From: Octopus sinensis
Taxonomy: Eukaryota
NCBI RefSeq assembly: GCF_006345805.1
Contig: NC_043006.1
Location: 94,488,001-94,552,000, forward strand
DNA length: 64,000 nucleotides
Direction of reading: 5' to 3'
Part shown: positions 52,273-64,000 of the stretch, piece after piece
Layout of the letters: every line of letters starts with the position of its first letter
How positions within the stretch are numbered: the stretch's first letter is position 1
Translations under genes and position numbers: made by a program
Notes under the pieces: model-generated
The model's database searches: none
Seen by the model: the letters and a program-made list of their open reading frames with translations, nothing else
What the model was told of the DNA's origin: nothing

Positions 52273-53616
52273 AGAGAGAGAGAGAGACAGATAGATAGAT
52301 AAATAGGTAACAGCAGTAGTCTCGCAGAAGGGAGATGATGATCAAGCCCACGCTGTAGTTCTCTGGGACATCTGCCAAACCAGATCCTTTCACTTTCCAT
52401 GCCAGAGCTTCTTTGCTATTAGTCTGCAATGAATCGTCATTTTTCATTGAGCGTTTTGCTTTCCTTTGTTACAGCCAGCCACAGATACAGAACGCACAAT
52501 AGACATGTTAAAAGTCAAGCGATGTATGACCTATACTTGGAGGTTTTTTAAGGAAAAGGGAAGGCCTTGCATGGAGTCAGTCCCAGTTTAGGAACAGCGC
52601 ATGCTCTTGCACAAAAGAGTATTATTTTACATCAGTAGATGCAAACCAAGTCCTAGGTGTTACACCAGAGTTTTTCTTTTCCTTGCGAAATTTCTAAACA
52701 AAGACAAATTTGTCAATATATTTAAATATAATATCTGTTTTTATAAGTTTGTCAAATCACTTAAATTTTAGAAAAATCTTCACCCTGACCAATTAAATGA
52801 AATTTCCGAATTGATGCTCTATATAAATACATTGGTTTCAAAAGCTGAAATTAAATAAAAATAAACCAGTAATTAAGTAATTAAAAATTGCTACAGAATA
52901 TGATATATCTAATTTTGAAATGACATTTATGAGCAAAATTTATCTTGCATGTCAAAAATAGAGAACGGTCAATGAAATATATCTGTCTAGCTTACGTATA
53001 AAATAATTTTAACTAAAAAGAAGCGAGATCCACAATTGTGTACGGCATAGCTTATGAACAGAGTTCGTCGAAGACAGCAGTCGCAAAAACTCGACGTTGA
53101 TAGCCATTTATTTGAGTTACACTTACCAAAGTTGCCGATATGAAGAGATATCGCTATAATGGAATATATCTTCCCGTGTTTCCTACAGCATTTGACTGAA
53201 GATGGTGCATTTAGATTTGGACAAAAGGAAAAACGTCGCTGTGGAAATATACATCATGCGTATTCATAACACACTGCGTTATCTCTAGGTAAATCTCATA
53301 GTTTTATCTGATCTGAAATAAAGCAGGTTCTTTAAGCATATTTTCAAAGTATTTTTATCTACGAACAAAGAAAGGAATATTTCTTTTCAAATATTTTTTT
53401 CAAGCCTATATAATGTTATTGTATATCTGAAACTGCTCATACTTTTGAAGGGAAGAAAACTTACGAACGGACCCGAATATGGATCGATTAAATGATGACA
53501 TTAAATTCTAAAAACATTATTTAAGATGCACCATTTATTGAAGTATTTTACAAGACGATGAGAATAGACTACAGTTTTAGCTAATTAAGACAAAATGTGT
53601 TTACACATGTATATTA

Positions 53617-53815
53617 CGAATAGGTGCTGAAAAGTACCCAGTTGTAAGGGTATCACTAAAGTCCTGGTTGGAGGCCTACCTTCCGAGTTCTTTTAGAGGG
53701 CTTATAAAAACTGAAGGACCGCTGCAATAAGTATGTTAATATGAAAGGGGAATATGTTGGAAATAATCATGTATTTTGTTTTACCCAAAGCCAGAAACTT
53801 TTCGGCACCCCATCG
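53617..53815 (+). mobile_element. Short mariner-derived MITE
   Basis: Imperfect TIRs cgaataggtgctgaaaagt / acttttcggcaccccatcg with TA flanks. The interior resembles a mariner C-terminus (KLKDRCNKYVNMKGEYV). Confidence 0.7.
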
Positions 53816-55613
53816 TATATATTAATAAATTTTGCTTCTTCGCTTTGTCTCTTCTCTCATACTTCTCTCTTCTTTTAGTCCTATCCAGGGCTAGAATGTG
53901 TGTGCGTGCGTGTAGGTGTATGTGTGTGTGTGTGTGTGTATGTGTATGTATGTGTGTGTGTGTATATATATATATGTGTGTGTGTGTATGTGTGTGGTGT
54001 GTGTGTGTGTGTGTGTGTGTGTTTTGCAGTTAACCGAGTTGTGTCCCGTTTCATCAAAAGGTAACACAGCCATTCGATTTTTTAAAAAAAGCAACAATCA
54101 AATAACTACCAGATGGTAATATATATCTCTTAACGCCGATATAATCGACTAAAACCAGCGATAGCTCTGCCCCAGCTTGGCCGTAGACCAATGTCTGAAA
54201 CTAGGAAAAAGAATAAAAGTCCAGTGAATGACATTTATATAGAGCCAGAGTATTATTACCAACATTTTAGCTTAGTTTTAAGCACACATTTTGACGACCT
54301 TAAGTCTTCTTTTCTAGATAATTCCTTAATGTTATGTCTTTTTATCTTATCTCATTTGATTCTATCTGACTGCATAATACCTACAGCCTTCTGTACCTAT
54401 GACAGCGTTATCCGATTATGTTCGTCTATTTCGTTTAGTTTTATCGCCATGACAATGCAACAACTAAAACGGTTTCGCAATGTCTTCAGCCAGCCCATTT
54501 GCTCTTCCTACTGTGTAGCTTATTTTCTATTAGTTCGACGCACGCTTTTAAAATTATCCATAAATAAATGGTTGTTATTACATTAATTGATATTAATTAC
54601 ACTCTCACTCCATAGCACTCATATGTTTCCTGCGGTGGATACGACTATCTGGTAAATTCTGCATATGTGTGAGTGTTTGTGTGTGTGTGTGTGTGTGTGT
54701 ATGTGTGTGTGTGTATGCGTGTATGTATGTGTGTGTATGCGAGTATATATAAATATATATATATATGTAAGAATGTATACTTTATGCAAATATATATCTG
54801 TATATATAAACACGTATATATATATATATGAATATATGTATACAAGTACGCATAGTATACGTGTAGCTGCTGTTACAATATATCAACACACACACACACA
54901 TCTTTTATTGCTATCTTCTTTTACACGTTTCAGTCATTTGAGTGTGCCCACACTGGAGCATTGCCATTCGTCGAGCAAATCGACTCCAGGACTTATTCTT
55001 TGTAAGCCTAGTACTTATTCTATCGGTCTCTTTTGCTGAACCGCTAGTTTTGGGGACATAAACACACCAACATCGGTTGTCAAGCGATGGGAGTGCAAAC
55101 ACAGACACAACGGCACATACACATACTATTTCTTCTCTGTCTATCTCTCTCTCTCTCTTGTTCTTCATCCTTTCTAGTTTTCTCTCCCACCATTCCATAT
55201 TCTTCTCTCCCCTTCACCGTTCCCTCTTTCTTACTCCTCCTCCTCGACTCTCTCGTCGCTGACATGTGATCAGAGGGAAGCCATCTTTCCGACTGCTATC
55301 TTGACAAAGACCAGACTAGCTTATCCTGTCTCTTTCATACGCCGTCTCCTTAAGCGTTCGGAATAATTATTCCATCGTCTTGGCTTAACAGCCGTCATCA
55401 TTTCTTTTTACTGTTTTGTTTTTATTGTTCTGTGTTTTACTGTTTTTACTTTTTTATTGTTTTTACTGTTTTGTTCTTAACTCCTATTCTTGTTACCACT
55501 TGCACCCTCCGCAAAAAATCCCAAATTATATTTAATTTGCTTTGCGAGAAGGACTGTTTCATCGAAGTTGCGTCTTTTCCTTACCTTTGTAACACGGAGT
55601 AGATGAAATAGCG

Positions 55614-55752
<139 letters not shown>

Positions 55753-56000
55753 TACACACACACATGTACATATAAGTGGAGGCCGTTATAAGAGTGATGG
55801 TGATTCAATAGTCGGTTGTCGGACTGGAATAGTGGGTGGTTTGTGGAATTGTGATATAATGAAGAATAGTTTTCTCAAACGCTTATGTGTCTGTTGATTT
55901 TTTATCCTTTACTTATTCCAGCAACCTTAGCAGCATCGGTTGTCAAGTGGAGGGCCAACACACACAGACATTGACACACCCATATATATATATATAATAT

Positions 56001-56042
<42 letters not shown>

Positions 56043-56415
56043 ATTTTATATAGGGATGGTATTATTAAAATACTATCACGAGTGGTAAGCGAATTATCAA
56101 CCGCACAGGTAAATTAAGAAAATATATACATACAATACTTAGATAAGTATATATATACACAAGTGTACTATATGAGTACCTACATCGCTAATGATAGAAG
56201 TAAAAAAATACTTCTGTACCACCGAATAGTCACAAATCCATTACAGGCTTGATAGGAAACAATATCAGGGAACAATAATAATGTCTTACCTCAAATGAGT
56301 CAGAACAAGTAAATGCTTGTCAACCTGGTACCGGTTTCGAAATTTAGCGTCAAATAGGTGCCTGATTTCCCATCAGCCAAAGTCCGCCAGCGAAATTACT
56401 ACTAACACACACACA

Positions 56416-56501
<86 letters not shown>

Positions 56502-56509
56502 ATATATAT

Positions 56510-56770
56510 GACAGGCTTCCATACAGCTTCCGCCTACTAGATTCACTCACAAGACATTGGACAACCTCTTGCTATAGTAGAAGGCACTTGTACAGGGTGT
56601 TATGCTGTGGGACTGAACGCGAAGCCACATGGTTACAATACGAGATTCTTAACCATATTCTTTTTTACTCTAGCCACAAGGCTCGAAATTTCGAGGGAGG
56701 GGGCCACTCGATTAGGTCGGCCCAGTACGTAACTGGCACTTAATTTATTTACCCCGAAAGGATGAAAGGT
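56510..56770 (-). mobile_element. SINE family A head followed by a family C tail fragment
   Basis: Reverse-complement similarity to both families. Confidence 0.65.
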
Positions 56771-57109
56771 AACATATTGCATGTCCATCATTCTGTGATT
56801 CCTGAACCCTTTCGTTAAAATGTATTGAAATGTACCCGATTATCAGAATCAAGCGTCCGGATATTGTTATACATTCGGTTTAATGCGACTCGGTACAGGA
56901 TTGATAGAATTGGTATTTCTGTCTATGGTTCTGGCACTTCACGTTCTTCATTCAATAGAATAGGGGTCAAATTTTTATCTTCGAGTCGATAATATTACGT
57001 ACCAGTCAACTCCTGGGGACGATACGTCTCGAGATGTGCTGAAGATTTTCTATTTTGGATATATTTGGTGTACTTAGGTCTGCTTAGGACTTAGTGCTTG
57101 CTTTTTCCA

Positions 57110-57427
57110 TGGGTATGAGTAAGTATTTCATTTATGTCTTACGTATTTATCGCTGAGGAGGGAAATTTTTTTATGAATTAACTCTGAAATTGGGACGGTA
57201 ATACGGTAATAACGGAAGTTTTAAGAAACTTTTATCGGCTTGTTTCGAGACGCATAATTTATAATGGTTATTGACAATGTTGTCTATTTTCGGCATGTTT
57301 CGCATTAGAATTTTTCTTTTGCCCTTATTTTATAAGTTATTTATAAATTTAACCTTTAAAGGTATTTTTTAATATGCTGGCCATTGATAAAATTTTTTCT
57401 TTCAAAAAAAATTTTATCCTACATTAG

Positions 57428-57428
<1 letters not shown>
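57110..57428 (+). mobile_element. Family H1 element, copy 3 (collinear, diverged) with a hammerhead at 57141-57215
   Basis: TTATCG CTGAGGA...GAAA TTG-GGACGG-TAA TA/CGGTAA. Stem I pairs have changed compensatorily relative to copies 1 and 2, and stem II is weak. Confidence 0.7.
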
Positions 57429-57482
<54 letters not shown>

Positions 57483-57483
<1 letters not shown>

Positions 57484-58767
57484 TAGGTCATCCCATAAAT
57501 GATGAGGTTCTTTATACTTCCTGTATTTTTCAAAATTAAGTTAAACCAAGTTATTTTTTAGTCTAAAATATAATACTCTCCTTCATTTTCTACAATGCTC
57601 TTCCATCTCTCTGTTAGACATGCAAGGCTCCTTTTCCAAAATACACTTGTCTATGATGAAAAACAATCCTGCAGTACTGTTCTGACCTCGTCTACAGAAT
57701 TCATATATTTTCCGTCCAGATGAGTTTGAAGACTGCGGAATGAATGATAATCAAATGGGGAAATGTCTGGTGAATATAGTGTGTGAGACATCGTTTCCCA
57801 TTCAAAGTGCTCCAGCCTTTGGAATGTCATCCTCGCTGTATGTGGCCGAGCATTATTCTGATGAATGAACACCTTTCGCCTTGAAACTAAAGAAGGTCGT
57901 CTTTCTTCGAGCGCTGACGTGATCCGCTCAAGCTGCTCACAGTAGATCTCCTTTGTTATCATTTGGTTTGGGTTTAAAAGTTCAAAGTGGACTAAACCTT
58001 TCATATCCCACCTAACTGATAACTACACCTTATGTGTGTGAAGACCTTCTTTAGCCTGGCGTGCCGGTGTTTCTCCTTTCCCGACCCACTGTCTACCGCA
58101 CTTGACATTTTTATAGAGAGCTCATTTCTCGTCACCAGTCACTATTTGGGGCAAAAAAGTTCATTCGTGAGACGTGACAGCAAGGAAGAACATATATTCA
58201 CTCTGCACGCGATTAAATTCTGAAAGTTTCTGAAGAACCCAGTGACCCAATTTGCTGACTCTTTCGATGGCATGCATGTGTCGATGAATGGTCGAATGAC
58301 CAAATCAAAGCTTCTCTGCTAGTTCCTCAACAGTTACGATGAGATTTTGTTCTACCAGGTATTGCAGGACGTCCTCATCGAGCTCTACAGATCTTCCAGG
58401 ACGAGGCTCGTCTTCTAGACTGTAGATTTCAGCTCGGAATTTCTGGAACTACCGTTGAAACTGGCTTGCGCTTATTGTCCGATCCCCATATATTACATTA
58501 ATATTCCTCGCACTTTGCGTTGCGTTGTTGCCTTCATTGAACTCATAAGGCAAAATATACCGAATATAACACTTTGTCACTTACATTATAACGTTGAAAG
58601 AAATAACTGTTAAAACCGAACTGCACTCGTCAAAATTTGCACTAAGAATAAGGTGAGGAGTGTAGATTACTACCTGTTTTATAACAAGTTGCAGCAGGTA
58701 GTTTACCCCGCCCCACCCGACTTTTAATTCATGCAATTGAAAAAACCGCCTTAATTATGGAATGACC

Positions 58768-58770
<3 letters not shown>
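57483..58770 (-). mobile_element. Full-length-sized (1288 bp) decayed mariner (DD34D) transposon
   Basis: TIRs ttaggtcatcccataaatgatgaggtt vs ttcggtcattccataattaaggcggtt. The ORF remnant reads HQNNARPHTA...HTLYSPDISPFDYHSFRSLQ. Confidence 0.85.
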
Positions 58771-58815
<45 letters not shown>

Positions 58816-59479
58816 ATATATGTATACATACGTACACACATATATATATATGGATATTTATGTATAATATATGATGCATGTATGCATGGATAGATTCGCA
58901 CATATATATATGCATTCGTACACATACATACACACAGCCATGAATACAATCATATGTAATACGTATCATATTATATGATTGCTTTCGGCGGCAACCTCTT
59001 GGATTTCCCCCATCGCATCTCACCCCACCATCTTTTGTCTCAATTTATTGCTATAAATCCGTATGACCATAATAAAAATCAATAAATACGTAGATGAGAG
59101 CCATAAAACATATCTTAGCCTGGCCAGATAAAATTACAGTATCTTGCAGACAACTAATATCTCTCTAATATAAATTTATCTCTTTGCTTTTGTTTTTTCC
59201 GTTTGTATAATTGAATTTACGGTTTTGTTAGTGTTTGTTTGAATGATGTTCTTTACTTGTTGTTTTTTAAATGTTACTTTTCTTACTTATTTGGCAATGA
59301 TGGTTGTACAGAATTGCTTTAATAGACGCGTATGTATGTATGTATGTATATATATACATGCACGGACACATACAAAGACATATATAGATATACATACGTA
59401 AATTCATATACGTTTGTGTGTGCGTGCGTGTTTGTGTGAATATATACGACGAATATTCATATATTCATGCATATACATA

Positions 59480-59586
<107 letters not shown>

Positions 59587-59728
59587 ATATATATATATGT
59601 GTGTGTGTGTATCTTATTTACACACTCATAAATCTACATGCAAGATAACATAGTAATACACATATATGTATGTACATATATGTACACACACAGCGTATGT
59701 GTGCATTTGTATTTCTATATTTTCTATG

Positions 59729-59763
<35 letters not shown>

Positions 59764-60696
59764 TTGTGTGTGTATGTGTTTATGCGTGTGTGTTTGTTTA
59801 TATGTGTATGTAGATATGTACCTCAAAGTATCCGTACTAAAGAAAGACCCTATACATTAAAGGAACATAATAATAACCCTCCCCGTGTTGTTGTCTATCA
59901 AAAGAACATCAGTGACCGTAGAGATGGCTTCAATCAGTCATCGAAAGAGACTTTGCTGATAAGAATGGACTCAGCAAAGCTAACATCGAACAACCCCATT
60001 CTCGTCTCTTTACCACCATTATTAAATTAAATGTGAAAGTAAAAGAAACATTTTTGTTTGCTTAAACGCATGACTGGACAATTCATTAACCAGTTTATTG
60101 TTGAGCTGTTCATTTTTATTTCAACGAAAAGTTAGGTAAGTAAAGTGAAGGGATATATAACTTTACGGTGTACTAAAAGACAATAAAGCAGTAAGCTGGT
60201 TTCATGGCTTTACCACTGGAGAAGTGAAAACTTATATGGTTTCTCTATTTTGTTAACGTATTAGTATTGATTTGATGTAGTATATATGTCGAATGGGCCT
60301 CGTTATTTTGTATTAAGTTACTGTTAAAAATTGATGTTCTTTTCATGTTCATTGGATAATGGCTATGCAAGCGTATGATTTGAAAGTTGTGCATACAACT
60401 AAGGAGAAGGGACGCAATATGGATGTAACTTTGGGTACAAGGTAAATTCAGTGGTAGAAAAATTTGCTGTGATTTCTCTGCTCTTATGCCCATCCGTCCA
60501 GTCTGTGGAGAAACTGGCTGTGGTGTGTGAACATTGTATGTATGTTATTATTGAGATTTATTTCAAGAGTTCTTACGAATAGAGAAAGAATCGGTTTTTA
60601 ACTTAGATTCAAGGCTCCTTCATTGGGATTTCAACATCAACAACAGGGTGTGTATGTATGTATGTATGCATGTAAGTATGTATGTATGTATGTATG

Positions 60697-60727
<31 letters not shown>

Positions 60728-61654
60728 CTATGTGCAGATTTGTATGTGTTATGTATGTATTCTCAAGCATATAGTTGCGTATCTAGACATGCTCATATAT
60801 ATTTAAATGCTAAACTTCTGTAAAGTTTTACAGATTTTTACAGTTCCAGTGATGGATTGGATATGTAGTCTTCGAATTAGCTTTCTCCTTTCTGGTTTTG
60901 AGAATGTATGTATGAATGTATATATATTTGCATGTATGTACGTTTACGTTTTATTGGGTTTTTCACTGGGACACTCCACCATTATTCCTTTAGCGAGTGG
61001 CCTCTTTAAATTTATCTTTCGTTACATTTGTTCTAGATAGGCCTTAGGACAACAGGTTTTTGGATCTGATGATATGTCGTCAAGTTGAACGCTTTATGGG
61101 CGTGAAAGCCAAGGTAATCCCCATAAATAGGCCTTACCTAAATTCATTTATATTATATACTGCACTATACTTAAACTGTGCTTCTTTTTCGGATTTATGC
61201 TATATATATATGAATGCATGCATATAAGTATATATGCAGACATATGTGTGTGTGTGTGTGTGTGAAAAACATTGAAAAAATGCTTTGAGGACTTTATCAT
61301 GGAGAGCAAAAAAATATTTACAAGTCCATCAAAATGCGGTACCGGTTTCAGATTTTTTATAAACGATTTAGTTATGTAAAAGAAAGAAAAAGAAATTGAA
61401 ATAAATTAATCTTTCATTGCATATGTTCTAGAAGTCTATTTGTTTTTCTTGCAAAATTCACATGGTACTCGAATTTGGTTTCATTCTTACACACACTCGT
61501 ACATATATGGAGTACAAGTATGTACGTCATCATTCAGTTTTATTTCAAGATTTCTTGCCAATAGAGAAAGAGCCAGTTTCTAACCTAATTCCAAGGCTCT
61601 TTCTCTAGATTTTTAACATAAACAACAGGGTATTTTTGTATGTATGTAACTTAG

Positions 61655-62425
61655 ATAACTTACATTGGTTTCGGCCCAGCCACGACTATCTCAATAACAC
61701 CAGCTGGAAAAAGTTTTTTAGTTATATATTACGGGACTCCATTGACCACTCAAGCAGAGAGTTGTTGTTGGTTGAGAGTATCCAGGTGTAGGTGGTTTAT
61801 CCGGTATTTCCTGGAGGAATTTGTCCAGGTACTGTTTGAAAGTTTTGGGGTCTTTTTCTACTTAATGTCTTTCGGGATAACATTGAAAAGAGCAGGACTA
61901 TTTGCAGTGAAGAAATTGCTTCGTAATTATATTTATGTGATGTGATCTCGACGTTTGTAGGGGACGCATTGCACGGGGTCCTCGTATTGGGTGAATTGTA
62001 AACATAATACAGATATCATTTGGATAATATTGGTAGAATATTTTCCACATGGTGCAAATAATGTATCGCTCACGGCGGCGTTGTAGAGAATAGAGCTTCA
62101 GCTGTTTAAGTCGAGTTCCATGGTGCCATTTATTTTCTTTTTGTCATTGATTTTTGTGGCGTTTCGATCCTCATCATGTTTTGTTTTTTGTAGGGGGACC
62201 ACAATAGGCAGCAGTATTCGAGGTGGGGGCCTCGCGAATGCGGAGAAGAGAAGGATGATGGTTTCATGATCCCTATATTGAAAAGTTCTGAGGATCCATG
62301 AGCACATTCTGCGGGCAACACTGACTTTTTTACAGATGTGCACACTCCAACTAAGTTTGCTGTCGACAGTTACACCTAAGTCTCCGATATTATCCGACGG
62401 TTCAAATAGGTCTCCCGACGGTAGT
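61655..62425 (-). mobile_element. 5'-truncated, internally deleted CR1-group LINE 3' part
   Basis: DLGVTVDSKLSW...WILRTF...HLEYCCLLWSPY, and later SPALFNVIPKDI...YLDKFLQEIPDKP. Confidence 0.85.
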
Positions 62426-64000
62426 ATATGAATGTATGTGTGTAAATTTGCATGCATTTTTTATGCATGTATTCTCATGCATAAACTTGCGTATCTGGAT
62501 ATGTTCATATATATTTAAATGATAAACTTCTGGAATATATGTATGTATGTGTCTGTTCATCAATGTATATATATATATAATGTATTCGCGATGTGTATAT
62601 CTCTAACCATGTGTGTGCAGACGTCCACTAAAAACGTATAAACAGAGCGTACTAAAATGAAAAAAAAATCTAATTGACCAGATTCAGACCCGACATCCAT
62701 TCGGCAACCAGAAATCTACTTCTGAGTATTCAAGATAGCAATGGGAAATTTGATCCGCTACTTGGTATTAGTTTTCTGATAATTCAATAATTTTTCTTTG
62801 ACTTGTAATGATTTCTCGACTGGCGATACAAAATTTCTAAGTGGGTCAAAAAATTCTTCAGGTGGCACAGACATTTTTGGATATGTGTAAAATTTTTAGA
62901 AGGAATGGCAAATTTTTAATGAGAGAAAAAATTTTCAGAGGAGGGCTTGAAAAAAAATTTAGTATTTAGTGAGAGCAGAAAACTTTGTAAGGGTTTCCAA
63001 ATTTATATGGGGCGCAAATCGATTTCATATACAGACAAAGCAGAAACATTTTTTAGAAAGCAAAAAGTTTTATGAGGTTTAGAAAACTTTTCATATGGGT
63101 CAGGATACTTTTAGCTTTTATTTTCAAGTTTGTATAGAAAAAAAAGCAATATTTTGATTATGATAAAGTAAGTAAATTTGTTTAAACAACCTTTTGGCAA
63201 ACGTTTTACTGTTTTTATAAAGTTAAGAATTCAAATTAAATCGATATCATATGAAATATTATTTCATTATTTTTCGAGCATGAATATTTTTTCATTCTCA
63301 TTGAATGATTTATTTTATTGTATCATAAAAAAATCTATAAGTAAATTAAGTCTATGTAAAGTTTATTTCAATTTTAAACCTATAAAATGATAGGCAATCA
63401 ATCTATGTTAATAATTTTTAAAGTTCAGGTTCTTTATCTCCTTTAATAATATAAAACACTCACGAGTGTGTATCTGTATTCAAGAATATGTGTCTGCACA
63501 AAAACTCGACAATACGTCGCCATAGAGAAAAATTAAGGACTGTTTTAGAATTTGAAATCAAATAAAAATTTTTAAATATTATACTCTGCTTTCATCCATA
63601 ATTCATAGAAAGAGAGGTTTCTGGACTTTGAACCTTGTACGGACTCCTAAAGATAGGAGTGAAAGAGAGTCAGTGCAATAAAAGAAGGACAGATGGAACG
63701 TGCATGTTAATGTGCTATGTTTATTCACGAAATGAGGATAAATGTGTATGTATTATATGTGTGCATTCTCTTGATTTCCTGTAGTTCAGTTCACTTCATT
63801 GAAATTGGAAAGCAAGTCAAGCTGAAGAACAACAGAAACAAGACTATCCGAAAGCAAAGAGGCCGAGAAACTGACGAAGAGGAACGATCCTCGTTAAACT
63901 TAGCCCTTTATTTTGATGCTTAGGTATCTACATAGGCCCGAATGGTAAGGGCTTTGCCTTTGCCTATCAGACATGCGCGTTTTTTTTTATCTTATATCAT

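Noticed and set aside
52217-52540. Possible exon(s) near 52.3-52.5 kb (minus ORF; plus-strand acceptor ttttgctttcctttgttacag)
   Set aside because: There is no recognisable protein motif in any frame, and such signals arise by chance.
59820-60030. Non-repetitive end of the 130-aa ORF (PQSIRTKERP...LPPLLN)
   Set aside because: I do not recognise a family, and the ORF start lies in microsatellite sequence.
60359-60441. Possible first coding exon MAMQAYDLKVVHTTKEKGRNMDVTLGT ending at AG|GTAAAT
   Set aside because: It has a good donor site but is short, has no recognisable homology and no identifiable partner exon. It needs RNA-seq support.

Overview
This is AT-rich, microsatellite-saturated animal genomic DNA. 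It is most likely octopus (Octopodidae), inferred from the tRNA-derived SINE families I recognise and the (TA)n/(TATC)n/(TAA)n landscape. I found no supportable host protein-coding gene. Nearly all short ORFs in the track are translated microsatellites, and the long ORFs are retrotransposon remnants. The window holds: CR1/L2-group LINEs (RT and AP-endonuclease), an RTE-clade fragment, an R4/Dong-type RLE fragment in a (TAA)n array, several Tc1/mariner remnants and MITEs, a HINE/Helentron-like element, a solo LTR, at least three SINE families, a Penelope-like (PLE) GIY-YIG remnant, and a ~543-bp tandem array with an internal fold-back. The main discovery candidate is a dense set of type I hammerhead ribozyme (HHR) motifs in short non-coding elements inserted into (TA)n tracts. 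There are four intact cores, several near-intact ones and several decayed ones. One three-copy family shows compensatory base changes, and two of its copies carry inverted 3' tails at their 5' ends. Together these look like non-autonomous, Penelope-driven, retrozyme-like elements. All structures were folded and aligned by eye, and repeat boundaries are approximate.
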